Source of the DNA: Nitrospirota bacterium
GTDB taxonomy: Bacteria > Nitrospirota > JACRHL01
Length of the DNA: 64,000 bases
Assembly: GCA_029858285.1 (NCBI GenBank)
Contig: JAOUFN010000005.1
Coordinates: 75,294-139,293 of the forward strand
Direction: 5' to 3'
Shown: one piece after another, positions 11,363-20,149 of the stretch
How positions within the stretch are numbered: the stretch's first letter is position 1
How the letters are laid out: the number at the start of each line of letters is the position of its first letter
Position numbers and translations under genes: made by a program
The notes under the pieces: model-generated
Seen by the model: the letters and a program-made list of their open reading frames with translations, nothing else
Told to the model about the DNA's origin: nothing
The model's database searches: none

Positions 11363-12517
11363 CTATCCGCGCCGGGGTTTCAGTGCCGACTGGCATTCGA
11401 GGATACATTCTCGCAGCCGTTTTGCCCCCTCGTCTACCTCTGCGAGGGTATTTTCCGGTCCCATGGAGAACACCACGCCGGAACCGGCCCGGTCTGCGGG
11501 GTATCCCATGGCGGTCAGCACCGGTGAAGCCTTGAGTGCCATGGCGCCGCAAAACGAGCCGGAGGAGGCCGCCACGCCACGGGCATCCAGCAGGGCCAAC
11601 AGGCTTTGACCGTCGGCCCCGGGCACCAAAAAACTTACATGTCCAGGCAGCCGCCAGGGACCCGCTGCCGGGCCGGTCAGGTGTATGCCGGGGAGGGCCG
11701 CAAGATGCAAGCGCAGGCGTTCCGCCAAGGTCTCCAGATGTGCCATACGCGGAGCCAGTTCGGCATGGGTAAGGTGGGCGGCGTTCCCCAATGCGACGAT
11801 GGCGGGCAGGTTTTCACGCCCGCTGCGGCGACCGTTTTCCTGGACTCCGCCGTCTATTTCAGGCTGGATGCGCAGGCCGGGACGCACGTACAGCGCGGCT
11901 GCCCCCGGAGGTGACCAAAGGCTGTCCGCCGACAGCACCAGCAGGTCACACCCAAGGGACTCCACTGCCAGCGGCAGTCGCCCGGCGGCAGCCACTGCGT
12001 CCACCAGCAGAGGAATGCGCCGGGACGATGTGTGGCGGGAGATTTCCGCCACCGGCTGCACGCACCCTACCTCCGGGTTGGCCAGTTGCACACAGACCAG
12101 GGCGGTGTCGGGGGTGAGGGCAGCGGCTACCGTCATGGGGTCCACCCGGCCATCCTCAGCCACGTCCAGCCAGGTCAGGGTCCAGCCCTCGTCCTGCATG
12201 CGGCGGCAGGCCCGGTCCACGGCGGGGTGCTCCACTCGTGTCAGCAGCACATGCCGCCCCTTCCTGCGGTTGGCCTTCAGCACCCCTTTCACGGCCAGAT
12301 TGAGAAGTTCCGTTCCGGTGGCCCCAAACAACACGCTGGCTGGGGGGGCGCTGATCAGGTCAGTGACCTCGGCACGCGCCTCTTCCAAGGCGGTGTGTGC
12401 CCGCCGCCCCCAAGCATGATCCGTCTGCGGGTTGGCGGCGCGACCGAGCCACACCTGCATCTCCCGGAGGGGACCGGCAAGGGGAATGGAGGCGTTGATG
12501 TGATCGAAGAACAACAC
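11363..12517 (-). CDS. Cysteine desulfurase (class V aminotransferase, IscS/NifS-like)
   Basis: Aligns with IscS over its length. The likely start is GTG at 12517 (VLFFDHINASIPL, matching the IscS N-terminus); the longer listed ORF has a non-homologous extension. It is adjacent to TusA, suggesting a sulfur-relay pair. Confidence 0.8.
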   Translation of the reverse strand: MLFFDHINASIPLAGPLREMQVWLGRAANPQTDHAWGRRAHTALEEARAEVTDLISAPPASVLFGATGTELLNLAVKGVLKANRRKGRHVLLTRVEHPAVDRACRRMQDEGWTLTWLDVAEDGRVDPMTVAAALTPDTALVCVQLANPEVGCVQPVAEISRHTSSRRIPLLVDAVAAAGRLPLAVESLGCDLLVLSADSLWSPPGAAALYVRPGLRIQPEIDGGVQENGRRSGRENLPAIVALGNAAHLTHAELAPRMAHLETLAERLRLHLAALPGIHLTGPAAGPWRLPGHVSFLVPGADGQSLLALLDARGVAASSGSFCGAMALKASPVLTAMGYPADRAGSGVVFSMGPENTLAEVDEGAKRLRECILECQSALKPRRG

Positions 12518-12692
12518 GAAAAAGCCGAGACGAGGGGCTGAATTTTTGCCTGCGATTGACCGAAATGACACTATACCCCAGGGGGAGCCTGGGGCGCATT
12601 GACCGCTGCCGGGCCCATCCTGTACCAAGGGCCGGCCCAATCCGGACGGAATCCGCACACCCAGGGACGGCGTGTGCGATGCTGGCGAATAG

Positions 12693-14492
12693 GTGTTCAT
12701 GCCCACCCAACCCCCGACTGAACAGCCGGAAGGGACCGTTCAGGCTCCTGGAGAACAGCCCGGGGAACAGCAGGATGCCGCTGTCCTGCGTGCGGCGCGG
12801 GATCTGCTGACCCATGTGTCGCGATCCCTCAAGACCATGCGCCTCTATTCCAGCACCAACACCATGTACCAGCGCGCCTTGGAAGACGCTGCCCGGCGAC
12901 TTTCCAATCATGTGGGTGAACATGGTTCCCTGGTGCTGCGTATTGAACGTGAGCGCATGCTGCTTGGCGGTGAGGTGGCATTTCAGGATGACGATCCCAA
13001 GGACGGACTGGTGTTTCACCTCTATTCTGACGGGTTGCGCGGCCTGACTGTTCATTCCGGCATGGACGAGGAAGAGGCCCGCGCCGCCCTGCGAATTCTC
13101 GCCAAGGGAGCCAGTCTGGGCTCCGGTGAGGACGACGATGTGGTCACCCTGTTGTGGAACGGCGAGTTTACCCACCTGTTGATGGACGTGGTGGAGGATG
13201 ACGCCGCCAGCGAAGAACTGGCCCCCACCATGGAGGTCAAAAAGCCTGAAGAACGGCACGAACGCCTGCAGCAGGTGGTACAGGCCCAGCAAGCGGCACC
13301 GGAGCCGCCGAAGACGGTGGCCTATGGGGCCGACGTGCTCAAGGTGTTCAATCTCACCGACCGGGATCAGGCGTATCTGGACGACCTGGTGCGGCGGGAA
13401 CAGGAGCTGGATCCGGCCCAGGATCTGGTGTCGATTCTCTCCGACGTGCTGGTGATTGAGGCCGACGCCGATGAATTTTCCGATACTGTGGCGCTGTTCG
13501 GTCGGCTGGTGATTGATTTTCTGACTCAGGGAAACCTGGCGCTGGCAGCGGCGCTGGGTCGTGGTCTGGTGGCGTGTGCGGCGGCGCGCAAGGATTTGGC
13601 GCCACCCATGAAAGAACGGTTGATGCAGGAATTGTTGGGGTTTGGTACTGGCCGCCCCATGGCCGCACTGGAGGCAGGTATCCGCCTGTTGTTCGGTGGT
13701 GGCGGGGTGGATGCCAGCGCCACCACCCATGCACAGCGTGAAACCGCAATGACTGCCCTTGGCAGCTACCTGACGTTGCTGCGGCGTACCGATATCCGCC
13801 AGTTTCTGGAAATGATCAGCCGGGTGCCCGATGGCCATGTGCGCGATCTGATGTGTGACCATGCGGCACGTCTGGCGCCGGAATCTCATGAAGTGCTCAC
13901 CGGCATGTTGCTGGATCTGGACGCTGCCCTGGTACAGTGCGTGGCCGAGGTGCTGGGGCGGGTGGGCAACGGTACCGACCTGCCCCACTACAATATTCTC
14001 AGCAAGCACGGCGACGTCAACGTACGGCGCACCGCCCTGGAGGCAATCATTAGCATCGCGGGCGGGGCGCATCCACAAATTGTTGCCTATCTGGTGGATC
14101 CGGACCCGCGCCTGCGCCGTCGGGCTCTGGCGGTGGCCGAAGCCGGCCGTCTGCCGGAGGCGCTGGAACTGCTGCGCCAGATCGCTGTGGATCCTGGTTT
14201 CACTGCCTGGGAACTGGTGGAACGGCGCGCCGTTTTTGCCGCAATCGGAATTATTGGGGGTGACCAGGTGGTGCCCATGCTGGGTGAATACATGCACCGC
14301 GTGAAGCGTGGGTTGTTTGGCGGAGCCAAGGGCGAGGACGACGCCTTGCTGGCGGTGGTTGGTTTGCGGGCCGCAGCCACGGATGCCGCCCTGAAGTTGC
14401 TTGAAGAGGGCAGCAAGAGTCGCAGTGACAAGGTGAGTGCGGCCTGCCAGACGGCGCTCAAGGAACTGGCCACCAGGGGAGGCCGAACATGA
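12693..14492 (+). CDS. HEAT-repeat (PBS-lyase-like) protein with an N-terminal domain homologous to the N-terminus of the downstream HD-GYP protein
   Basis: C-terminal HEAT/PBS repeats (DVNVRRTALEAIISIAG; DPDPRLRRRALAVAEAG) and an acidic central region. The N-terminal ~120 aa align with residues 1-130 of the next gene. The stop overlaps the next start (ATGA). Confidence 0.6.
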   Translation: MFMPTQPPTEQPEGTVQAPGEQPGEQQDAAVLRAARDLLTHVSRSLKTMRLYSSTNTMYQRALEDAARRLSNHVGEHGSLVLRIERERMLLGGEVAFQDDDPKDGLVFHLYSDGLRGLTVHSGMDEEEARAALRILAKGASLGSGEDDDVVTLLWNGEFTHLLMDVVEDDAASEELAPTMEVKKPEERHERLQQVVQAQQAAPEPPKTVAYGADVLKVFNLTDRDQAYLDDLVRREQELDPAQDLVSILSDVLVIEADADEFSDTVALFGRLVIDFLTQGNLALAAALGRGLVACAAARKDLAPPMKERLMQELLGFGTGRPMAALEAGIRLLFGGGGVDASATTHAQRETAMTALGSYLTLLRRTDIRQFLEMISRVPDGHVRDLMCDHAARLAPESHEVLTGMLLDLDAALVQCVAEVLGRVGNGTDLPHYNILSKHGDVNVRRTALEAIISIAGGAHPQIVAYLVDPDPRLRRRALAVAEAGRLPEALELLRQIAVDPGFTAWELVERRAVFAAIGIIGGDQVVPMLGEYMHRVKRGLFGGAKGEDDALLAVVGLRAAATDAALKLLEEGSKSRSDKVSAACQTALKELATRGGRT

Positions 14493-15901
14493 CCGGACGT
14501 GATCTTTCGGACCGCGAGGCGCAACAGTTTGGCTGGGAGGTGGTGCGGCAACTGTTTGTCCTGCTGCGGATTGCCCGTCTGCATGGCGCCAACAACGAGG
14601 CGTGGGGGCCTGCCCTGACCAAAGTCCAGTGGGCGGTGAATGAGTCGGAGGGCATTAACCTCCGCGCTCTGGACGGGGCCTTCTATGTCAGCGACGTGCG
14701 CCTCAAGGTAGATCGTGAAAATTACGCCGCACAGGAAGGGCTGCTGAAAGCGTACCAAAGCCACGGCGTCGGTGCGGTGGAAATCGATGTCGCGTTCGAT
14801 CCGGCACACCTGAAGGCATTGCTCACCGCGTGGGGTTCTTCCAAGCCGCCCACCCCGGAGCAGGGGCTGGAACTGTTGTCCGGTTCGCTCGGGGAGTATC
14901 AGCTCATTCGCCTGTCCAAGGCGATGCAGCGCACGGCGGCGGTGGAAAAGGACGCCCGCAACGTGTCCAAAGCCATCTATATCCGCACCCTGAATGCTGT
15001 GGAAGATGTGATGGAGAGCGTCAAGATCAACCAGGCGTTCCCCCTCAAACGTGCCAAACGTGTCATGCAGCGTCTGGTGGACAACCTGCTGGGAGACCCG
15101 GTCAACCTGCTGGGGCTTACCAACCTGCGTTGTTACGATGAGTACACCTATCACCATTCGGTCAACGTCTGCGTGCTGTCCCTGTCGGTGGGGCGCCGCC
15201 TGGGGCTTCCCAGACCGATGCTGGCAAACCTGGGAATCGCCAGCCTGTTCCACGACCTGGGCAAAAGCCGGGTACCTGTGGAGGTGCTCAACAAGGCCGG
15301 AGAGTTCGATGAGGCGGAGTGGGACATGATCCGCCGCCATCCCGTATACGGCGTCAAGACTATTGTGCAATTGAAGGGGGCCGATGAACTGGCAAGCCGG
15401 GTGGTGACGGGCAGTTTCGAACACCACATGAATTTTGACCACTCGGGTTACCCCAAATTGCCGCGCCCGCGCACCCTGTCGTTGTACGGACGGGTCATTT
15501 CGATGTGCGACTGCTATGACGCGATGACGTCGGCGCGGGTCTACAACCGCACTCCGGCGACCCCGGAGCGGGCCCTCAAGCTGATGCTGGGAAAGAGCGG
15601 CAAGGCCTTCGATTCGGTGCTGATGAAGGTGTTTGTGAACACCGTGGGCATCTTTCCCGTGGGCACTCTGCTGTTGCTCGACAGCGGTGAGATCGGCGTG
15701 GTGTTTCAGGCCTCGGAAGACCCCACCCAGGGCGATCGGCCTTACGTGCGCATGATCACCGATGTCAAGGGACGGGAACTGTCCCAACCGGTGGACATCT
15801 CCCTGACTGAAACCACCGCCGGCGGCCGTTTTGCGCGCAACATCACCCGTATCCTCGACCCGAAAGAGGTATCGCTGGACGTGGCCGAGTTCTTTCTGTA
15901 G
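14489..15901 (+). CDS. HD-GYP domain phosphodiesterase (c-di-GMP-related)
   Basis: HD motif LFHDLGK and HD-GYP signature HHMNFDHSGYP. An N-terminal ~200 aa domain of unknown type precedes them. Confidence 0.8.
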   Translation: MTGRDLSDREAQQFGWEVVRQLFVLLRIARLHGANNEAWGPALTKVQWAVNESEGINLRALDGAFYVSDVRLKVDRENYAAQEGLLKAYQSHGVGAVEIDVAFDPAHLKALLTAWGSSKPPTPEQGLELLSGSLGEYQLIRLSKAMQRTAAVEKDARNVSKAIYIRTLNAVEDVMESVKINQAFPLKRAKRVMQRLVDNLLGDPVNLLGLTNLRCYDEYTYHHSVNVCVLSLSVGRRLGLPRPMLANLGIASLFHDLGKSRVPVEVLNKAGEFDEAEWDMIRRHPVYGVKTIVQLKGADELASRVVTGSFEHHMNFDHSGYPKLPRPRTLSLYGRVISMCDCYDAMTSARVYNRTPATPERALKLMLGKSGKAFDSVLMKVFVNTVGIFPVGTLLLLDSGEIGVVFQASEDPTQGDRPYVRMITDVKGRELSQPVDISLTETTAGGRFARNITRILDPKEVSLDVAEFFL

Positions 15902-15938
15902 CCGTGTGAGTCTGGCTGATTAATCCGGAACGGCCTGC

Positions 15939-17342
15939 TCAGGCCGGGGCGCAGGGCACCATCACCGAATCGGTCATGCCGTGGATGCGCTTCTTGTCCG
16001 CCGGGCACAGGGTGGCCAGCACCCCGCCCAGCCGCGCCCGGCCGTCTGTGACAAAGTAGTAAGGGCACAGGCGCGCCCGCATGCGGGCGGTGCGCAGTAA
16101 GGCCGTTTCCGGAGTATGCCCGGCCAGAAAGCCGGTGGGGACGGAAAGAGCCTTGTGGAACGGTTGCAGTACGTGGGGAGAGGCGGGGAAGGCAGCCAGT
16201 GCCTGTTCCAATGCCGAGGCCCATTCCGATTCCGGGACATCGTGGCCAATGACCACGCCGCGCGCTCCCCAAGCCCGTTCGGAAAAACCCGATGGCTTGA
16301 TTACGAACTGCCGGGCCTTCTGCCCCAGACGGTTCAGGGTGGACCACGACTGTAGCGGCGTGCCATCCAGCGTCAGGTCGGGAATGACCGCGTGAGCGGG
16401 CAGAGGGGTGGGATCCAGTACCCAGGTGCGGGGAAGCAGGGCAACCAGCGCACGCTGCCGCTCCTCCCCCAGTTCCGTCCGCCATAGCGGCGCCAGCACC
16501 GGGTGGTGGAACAGGGCCATGGCGAGTTTTTCTTCCAGATGTGCCCTGGGGGGAGGGGTCATCGTCACCGTGCCCTTGCGGGCCGCATATAGCAGCAATT
16601 CCGCCTTGGGAATGTTGGGTAGGTCGAACAGCTCGAAAAACCGGTACAGCACGTCGATGCGGAAATTTTCTTCCCGGGAATTTGCTTCGACACCGGCTCC
16701 TGCCTCGGCAGCAAGCCACAGACCGTCTTCGCGGAACTGAATGTCGCGGGGCTCCACCAGTCGGGCGTTTACCCCCAACTGGCGCAGACGTCGGGTCAGG
16801 TGGTGCATCTCCGGTCGGTAGGCGGCGGACTCCTCCGACACGGTCACTGCTACCGTCGGGTCGGCCTTGGTAGCGGCTTCGACAAGCATGTGCGCCATAC
16901 CGTTCCGCATGCCGTCGGCACCTCCCACCACGTCAAAACCAGCGGCGGCGTAGCGTTGTTGCAGGGCATCGGTGAGGCCGATGCCGCCGGGCACGCTGTC
17001 CAGCTCGGTGATTTTCCAGCCATCTTCGGTGGCGAATAGATCAGGGCGCAGGATGCGCGGCAATTCGGTGCGCATACGGTTCATGCGCCCCATTCGCACC
17101 ACCTCCTGCGGCTTGCCCTGATCCAGCCAGCGGCAAATAAATTCCGGTGCCCGGCCTTGGGCCGATTGGCGGTACAGGTTGTTGAGCGCGGTGTAGAACG
17201 CCAGCAAGAGATCGCCTAACTTCTCCAGGAACACAATCTCTGGGCCGCTCAGCGGGTGCGGCACACCAATGCGAAAATGGCGCTCCCCCGCCGGGTCCTG
17301 GTCGTGAACGCCATCCTCAGCAAGCAGGCGGGCCACTTCCAT
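15939..17342 (-). CDS. Glutathionylspermidine-synthase-family ATP-grasp protein (YgiC/YjfC-like)
   Basis: From memory of E. coli YgiC, it shows local similarity: HHPVLAPLW vs NKALLPLLW, FVIKPSGFSERAWGARGVVIG vs YVVKPIFSREGANVSII, and the C-terminal RLCPYYFVTDG vs RFYPHIFVE. Start taken at MEVARLL; the longer ORF overlaps the DUF971 gene. Confidence 0.55.
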   Translation of the reverse strand: MEVARLLAEDGVHDQDPAGERHFRIGVPHPLSGPEIVFLEKLGDLLLAFYTALNNLYRQSAQGRAPEFICRWLDQGKPQEVVRMGRMNRMRTELPRILRPDLFATEDGWKITELDSVPGGIGLTDALQQRYAAAGFDVVGGADGMRNGMAHMLVEAATKADPTVAVTVSEESAAYRPEMHHLTRRLRQLGVNARLVEPRDIQFREDGLWLAAEAGAGVEANSREENFRIDVLYRFFELFDLPNIPKAELLLYAARKGTVTMTPPPRAHLEEKLAMALFHHPVLAPLWRTELGEERQRALVALLPRTWVLDPTPLPAHAVIPDLTLDGTPLQSWSTLNRLGQKARQFVIKPSGFSERAWGARGVVIGHDVPESEWASALEQALAAFPASPHVLQPFHKALSVPTGFLAGHTPETALLRTARMRARLCPYYFVTDGRARLGGVLATLCPADKKRIHGMTDSVMVPCAPA

Positions 17343-17398
17343 CAGAGTTCGTGGATCGGTCGTTGTGGCGGGGGAGGCGGGCTCCAGGCCGGATGAGG

Positions 17399-17746
17399 TC
17401 ACGAAACCGCCGCACTCTCGGCGTGTGCCATGCGGCATTCGGCACAGGGGCATACACGTCGCAACAATGTGAAGGAAAAAATGCCACTGGTGTGGCCGTC
17501 CGACCAACTGGGCTGGATGGCATAGTTGCCCACCACGCTGATCTGGTTGGCGTAGATATCGTCAGGCACCGAGGCCGGGTCCAGAATCGGTTTGCGGCTC
17601 CATTCGTCCACGCAGGAGGCGCATTGGCATTGGCAACGCAGGTAATGGTTGGTGAAATCGGAAATGTGGCCATCGGACCAGGACACCACGATGCGGGTAA
17701 GCCCCTCCCGGCGGATTTCCACGGGTTGGGGGTAGGAACTGGGCAT
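17399..17746 (-). CDS. DUF971 (gamma-butyrobetaine hydroxylase-like N-terminal domain) protein, Cys-rich
   Basis: Duplicated W-SDGH-S motif and the Cys cluster CQCQCASC...CPCAEC. A strong RBS AAGGAGG lies 6 nt upstream of the ATG. Confidence 0.7.
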   Translation of the reverse strand: MPSSYPQPVEIRREGLTRIVVSWSDGHISDFTNHYLRCQCQCASCVDEWSRKPILDPASVPDDIYANQISVVGNYAIQPSWSDGHTSGIFSFTLLRRVCPCAECRMAHAESAAVS

Positions 17747-17775
17747 AAATGCCTCCTTGAGGGATAATAGAGCTT

Positions 17776-17787
17776 GTTATTTATAAC
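17776..17787. promoter_or_regulatory. AT-rich inverted repeat GTTAT-TT-ATAAC in the DUF971 operon promoter (candidate metalloregulator operator)
   Basis: A palindrome seen in an otherwise GC-rich region, 30 nt upstream of the DUF971 ATG, between TATTAT (-10-like) and upstream sequence. It resembles a Zur-box core (TGTTATAWTATAACA) with a one-nt shorter spacer. Confidence 0.35.
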
Positions 17788-17864
17788 CCATCCCGATGCC
17801 AGCCGCCACGCTGTGTATGCATCTCCGCAAGCTTTCCCGAATCCGGCTCAGTGTGCCCGCCAGT

Positions 17865-17894
17865 TTGACAATTTTGACTGTTCGTGCTACAAAT
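17865..17894 (+). promoter_or_regulatory. Sigma70-like promoter for nikR (TTGACA-N17-TACAAA)
   Basis: Read from the sequence. It sits ~95 nt upstream of the nikR ATG. Confidence 0.4.
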
Positions 17895-17987
17895 TGTGCC
17901 AATAGTATTACGAATGCCACGCGGTTGTCTCAGGAGCGGGTGGCGGCGTCCGGTGCGGGGAACGCGGAGGGAGACGGGTGCAGGGTC

Positions 17988-18452
17988 ATGAGTGAACTGG
18001 TTCGTTTTGGCGTTTCCATCGACGGGGAACTGCTGGAGCAGTTCGACGTCAAGATTGAGCAGAAGGGTTACACCAACCGCTCCGAGGCGATTCGCGACCT
18101 GATCCGCGACCACCTGGTGGAAGAGGAGTGGGTAAGCAACGAGGAGACGGTGGGAACGGTTACCATCGTGTACGACCACCACACCCGGGAACTGTCGGAA
18201 ACCCTCACCCATCTGCAGCACTCGTTCAATGGTCAGATCATGAGCGTGTTGCACGTGCATCTGGACCACCACAACTGCCTGGAGGTTCTGGTGGTGCGGG
18301 GCAAGAGCGCACTATTGAAGAATTTTGCCGACCGGCTGGTGGGGATTCGCGGGGTCAAGCACGGTAAGTTGACCATGACCACCACCGGCCGACGCCTGAC
18401 CGCCGAAGGGGACCTGCACTCCCACGGGGGAGAAGCCGCCCCCCGGCGATAA
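17988..18452 (+). CDS. nikR: Nickel-responsive transcriptional regulator NikR
   Basis: [20 protein letters not shown]...[17 protein letters not shown] (ribbon-helix-helix) followed by a C-terminal metal-binding domain with the H-x13-C pattern ([12 protein letters not shown]). Confidence 0.85.
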   Translation: MSELVRFGVSIDGELLEQFDVKIEQKGYTNRSEAIRDLIRDHLVEEEWVSNEETVGTVTIVYDHHTRELSETLTHLQHSFNGQIMSVLHVHLDHHNCLEVLVVRGKSALLKNFADRLVGIRGVKHGKLTMTTTGRRLTAEGDLHSHGGEAAPRR

Positions 18453-18638
18453 CAAAAGGGGGTTCCCCCCGGCGGCGCTGTACGGCCGCGATACAATTCC
18501 CGTTCATGGAAGAACACCCGGTTTCCCGGCTCAATTGTCACCCGGGCATGTCTTTGCGGATTTTTCCCGGAGGGGCTGGCAAGTGTGGCGCACCGTGAGG
18601 GGGCTTCTCATCCCTGTCCTCCTTTCGTGGCGTGCCCG

Positions 18639-18675
18639 GCCGGGCGGTGGTGCCCACCCGCCGCCCGGCTTTTTT
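18639..18675 (+). terminator. Rho-independent terminator (9-bp GC stem GCCGGGCGG/CCGCCCGGC followed by T6)
   Basis: Verified base by base. It lies 187 nt downstream of the nikR stop, so it marks either a long nikR 3'UTR or an unannotated sRNA. Confidence 0.6.
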
Positions 18676-18747
18676 AGGTATTCCCGAAAATGAGTTCCCG
18701 AAGGCGGTGGAATGCGACCGGCTGAGTGCCCCTGGCGTCCCTGTCGA

Positions 18748-19389
18748 CTACCCTGTGGCCAGGCGGGACAGCCAGGAACGGGCACCCTCGAAGGCCCGTG
18801 CCCGGTGGCTATGACGGCTCTTTCCTACCGGAGTCATCTGCGCAAAGCTGAGCCCTTCTGCCGGGATCACGAACAGCGGATCGTAGCCGAACCCCTCCGC
18901 CCCCGACGCCTGAGTCGCAATCAGACCGTCACATCGACCCTCGAAGGTCACCGGGGACCCTCCCCCCGGGCACACAATGGCGACTACGCACACAAAATGC
19001 GCCGTGCGCCGCTCCAGCGGCACTCCAGCCAACTCCCGTAGCAGCTTGCGGTTATTGTCCGCGTAAGTGCAGCCGGGGCCCGCATAGCGCGCCGACCAGA
19101 CCCCTGGCGCGCCATTCAGGGCGTCCACGCACAGGCCGGAGTCGTCCGCCAGCGCCAGGTGGCCGGTGGCTTCCGCCAGGGCTACGGCCTTCAGGATGGC
19201 ATTTCCGGAAAAGGAGTCGGCGGTCTCTTCCACCTCGGGCAGGGGGGCAAAATCAGCGCGGTTTTTGATCTCGAATGGCAGGTCCTGCAGCAAGGCCGCC
19301 ATTTCCCGCGCCTTGTCCGGGTTGGCGGTTGCCAGCACCAGTACCGGGGGGGAAGAGGCGAGGCGTTCCGTATCGGGACTGTCGGGCAT
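18748..19389 (-). CDS. rdgB: dITP/XTP pyrophosphatase RdgB (Ham1 family)
   Basis: Conserved blocks VLATANPDKAREM, ADDSGLCVDALNGAPGVWSARY and FGYDPLFV. Start at MPDSPDT. Confidence 0.9.
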   Translation of the reverse strand: MPDSPDTERLASSPPVLVLATANPDKAREMAALLQDLPFEIKNRADFAPLPEVEETADSFSGNAILKAVALAEATGHLALADDSGLCVDALNGAPGVWSARYAGPGCTYADNNRKLLRELAGVPLERRTAHFVCVVAIVCPGGGSPVTFEGRCDGLIATQASGAEGFGYDPLFVIPAEGLSFAQMTPVGKSRHSHRARAFEGARSWLSRLATG

Positions 19390-19423
19390 GTGCGGCGAGA
19401 CGGCCACGACGGGATGCCGCGCG

Positions 19424-20149
19424 TCAGGGCAAAAAGCCGTCCAGCGCCTTGCGCTGGTGGTCCACCAGTTGTGCCACACCGCTGGAGGCCAGGTCCAGCA
19501 TGGAGGTGAGGGCAGTGCGGGGGAACGGCGTGTCCTCGGCGGTGCCTTGAATCTCTACCAATTCACCGATGCCGGTCATTACGAAATTCATGTCCACCTG
19601 GGCTGTGGAGTCCTCGGCGTAGCAAAGATCCAGCATCTCGGTGCCGTTCACGATGCCAGCGCTCACCGCCGCCAGGTAAGTGCGTACCGGGTTGGTGGCG
19701 ATACGGCCGCTTTTTTGCAGCCCCTGAACTGCATCGCACAGGGCGACAAAGGCCCCGGTGATGCTTGCGGTGCGGGTGCCGCCGTCGGCACGGATCACGT
19801 CGCAATCAATCCAGATGGTGCGCTCCCCGAGGCGCTTCAAGTCTGTCACGGCACGTAGGGAACGCCCGATCAGACGCTGGATTTCCTGGGTGCGGCCGGT
19901 CGGCTTGCCCTTGGTGACCTCGCGCTGGGTACGGTCGTGGGTGGCGCGGGGCAGCATGCCGTACTCGGCGGTCACCCACCCCTTGCCCTGGCCACGCAAC
20001 CACGGTGGCACGCGCTCCTCCACGCTGGCGGAACAGATCACATGGGTGTCCCCCACCATGATGAGTACGGAACCTTCCGCGTGGGGCAGGTAGCCACGCT
20101 GGATAATGACGGGACGCAACTGGTCGGGCTGACGCTGATCGGGACGCAT
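19424..20149 (-). CDS. rph: Ribonuclease PH
   Basis: Near-collinear with E. coli Rph ([31 protein letters not shown]). Confidence 0.95.
   Translation of the reverse strand: MRPDQRQPDQLRPVIIQRGYLPHAEGSVLIMVGDTHVICSASVEERVPPWLRGQGKGWVTAEYGMLPRATHDRTQREVTKGKPTGRTQEIQRLIGRSLRAVTDLKRLGERTIWIDCDVIRADGGTRTASITGAFVALCDAVQGLQKSGRIATNPVRTYLAAVSAGIVNGTEMLDLCYAEDSTAQVDMNFVMTGIGELVEIQGTAEDTPFPRTALTSMLDLASSGVAQLVDHQRKALDGFLP

Noticed and set aside
17761-17790. Fur box near GATAATAGAGCTTGTTATTTATAAC
   Set aside because: Only the first GATAAT hexamer matches. The rest does not fit the GATAATGATAATCATTATC 19-mer. A Zur-like reading fits better and is reported as a finding instead.
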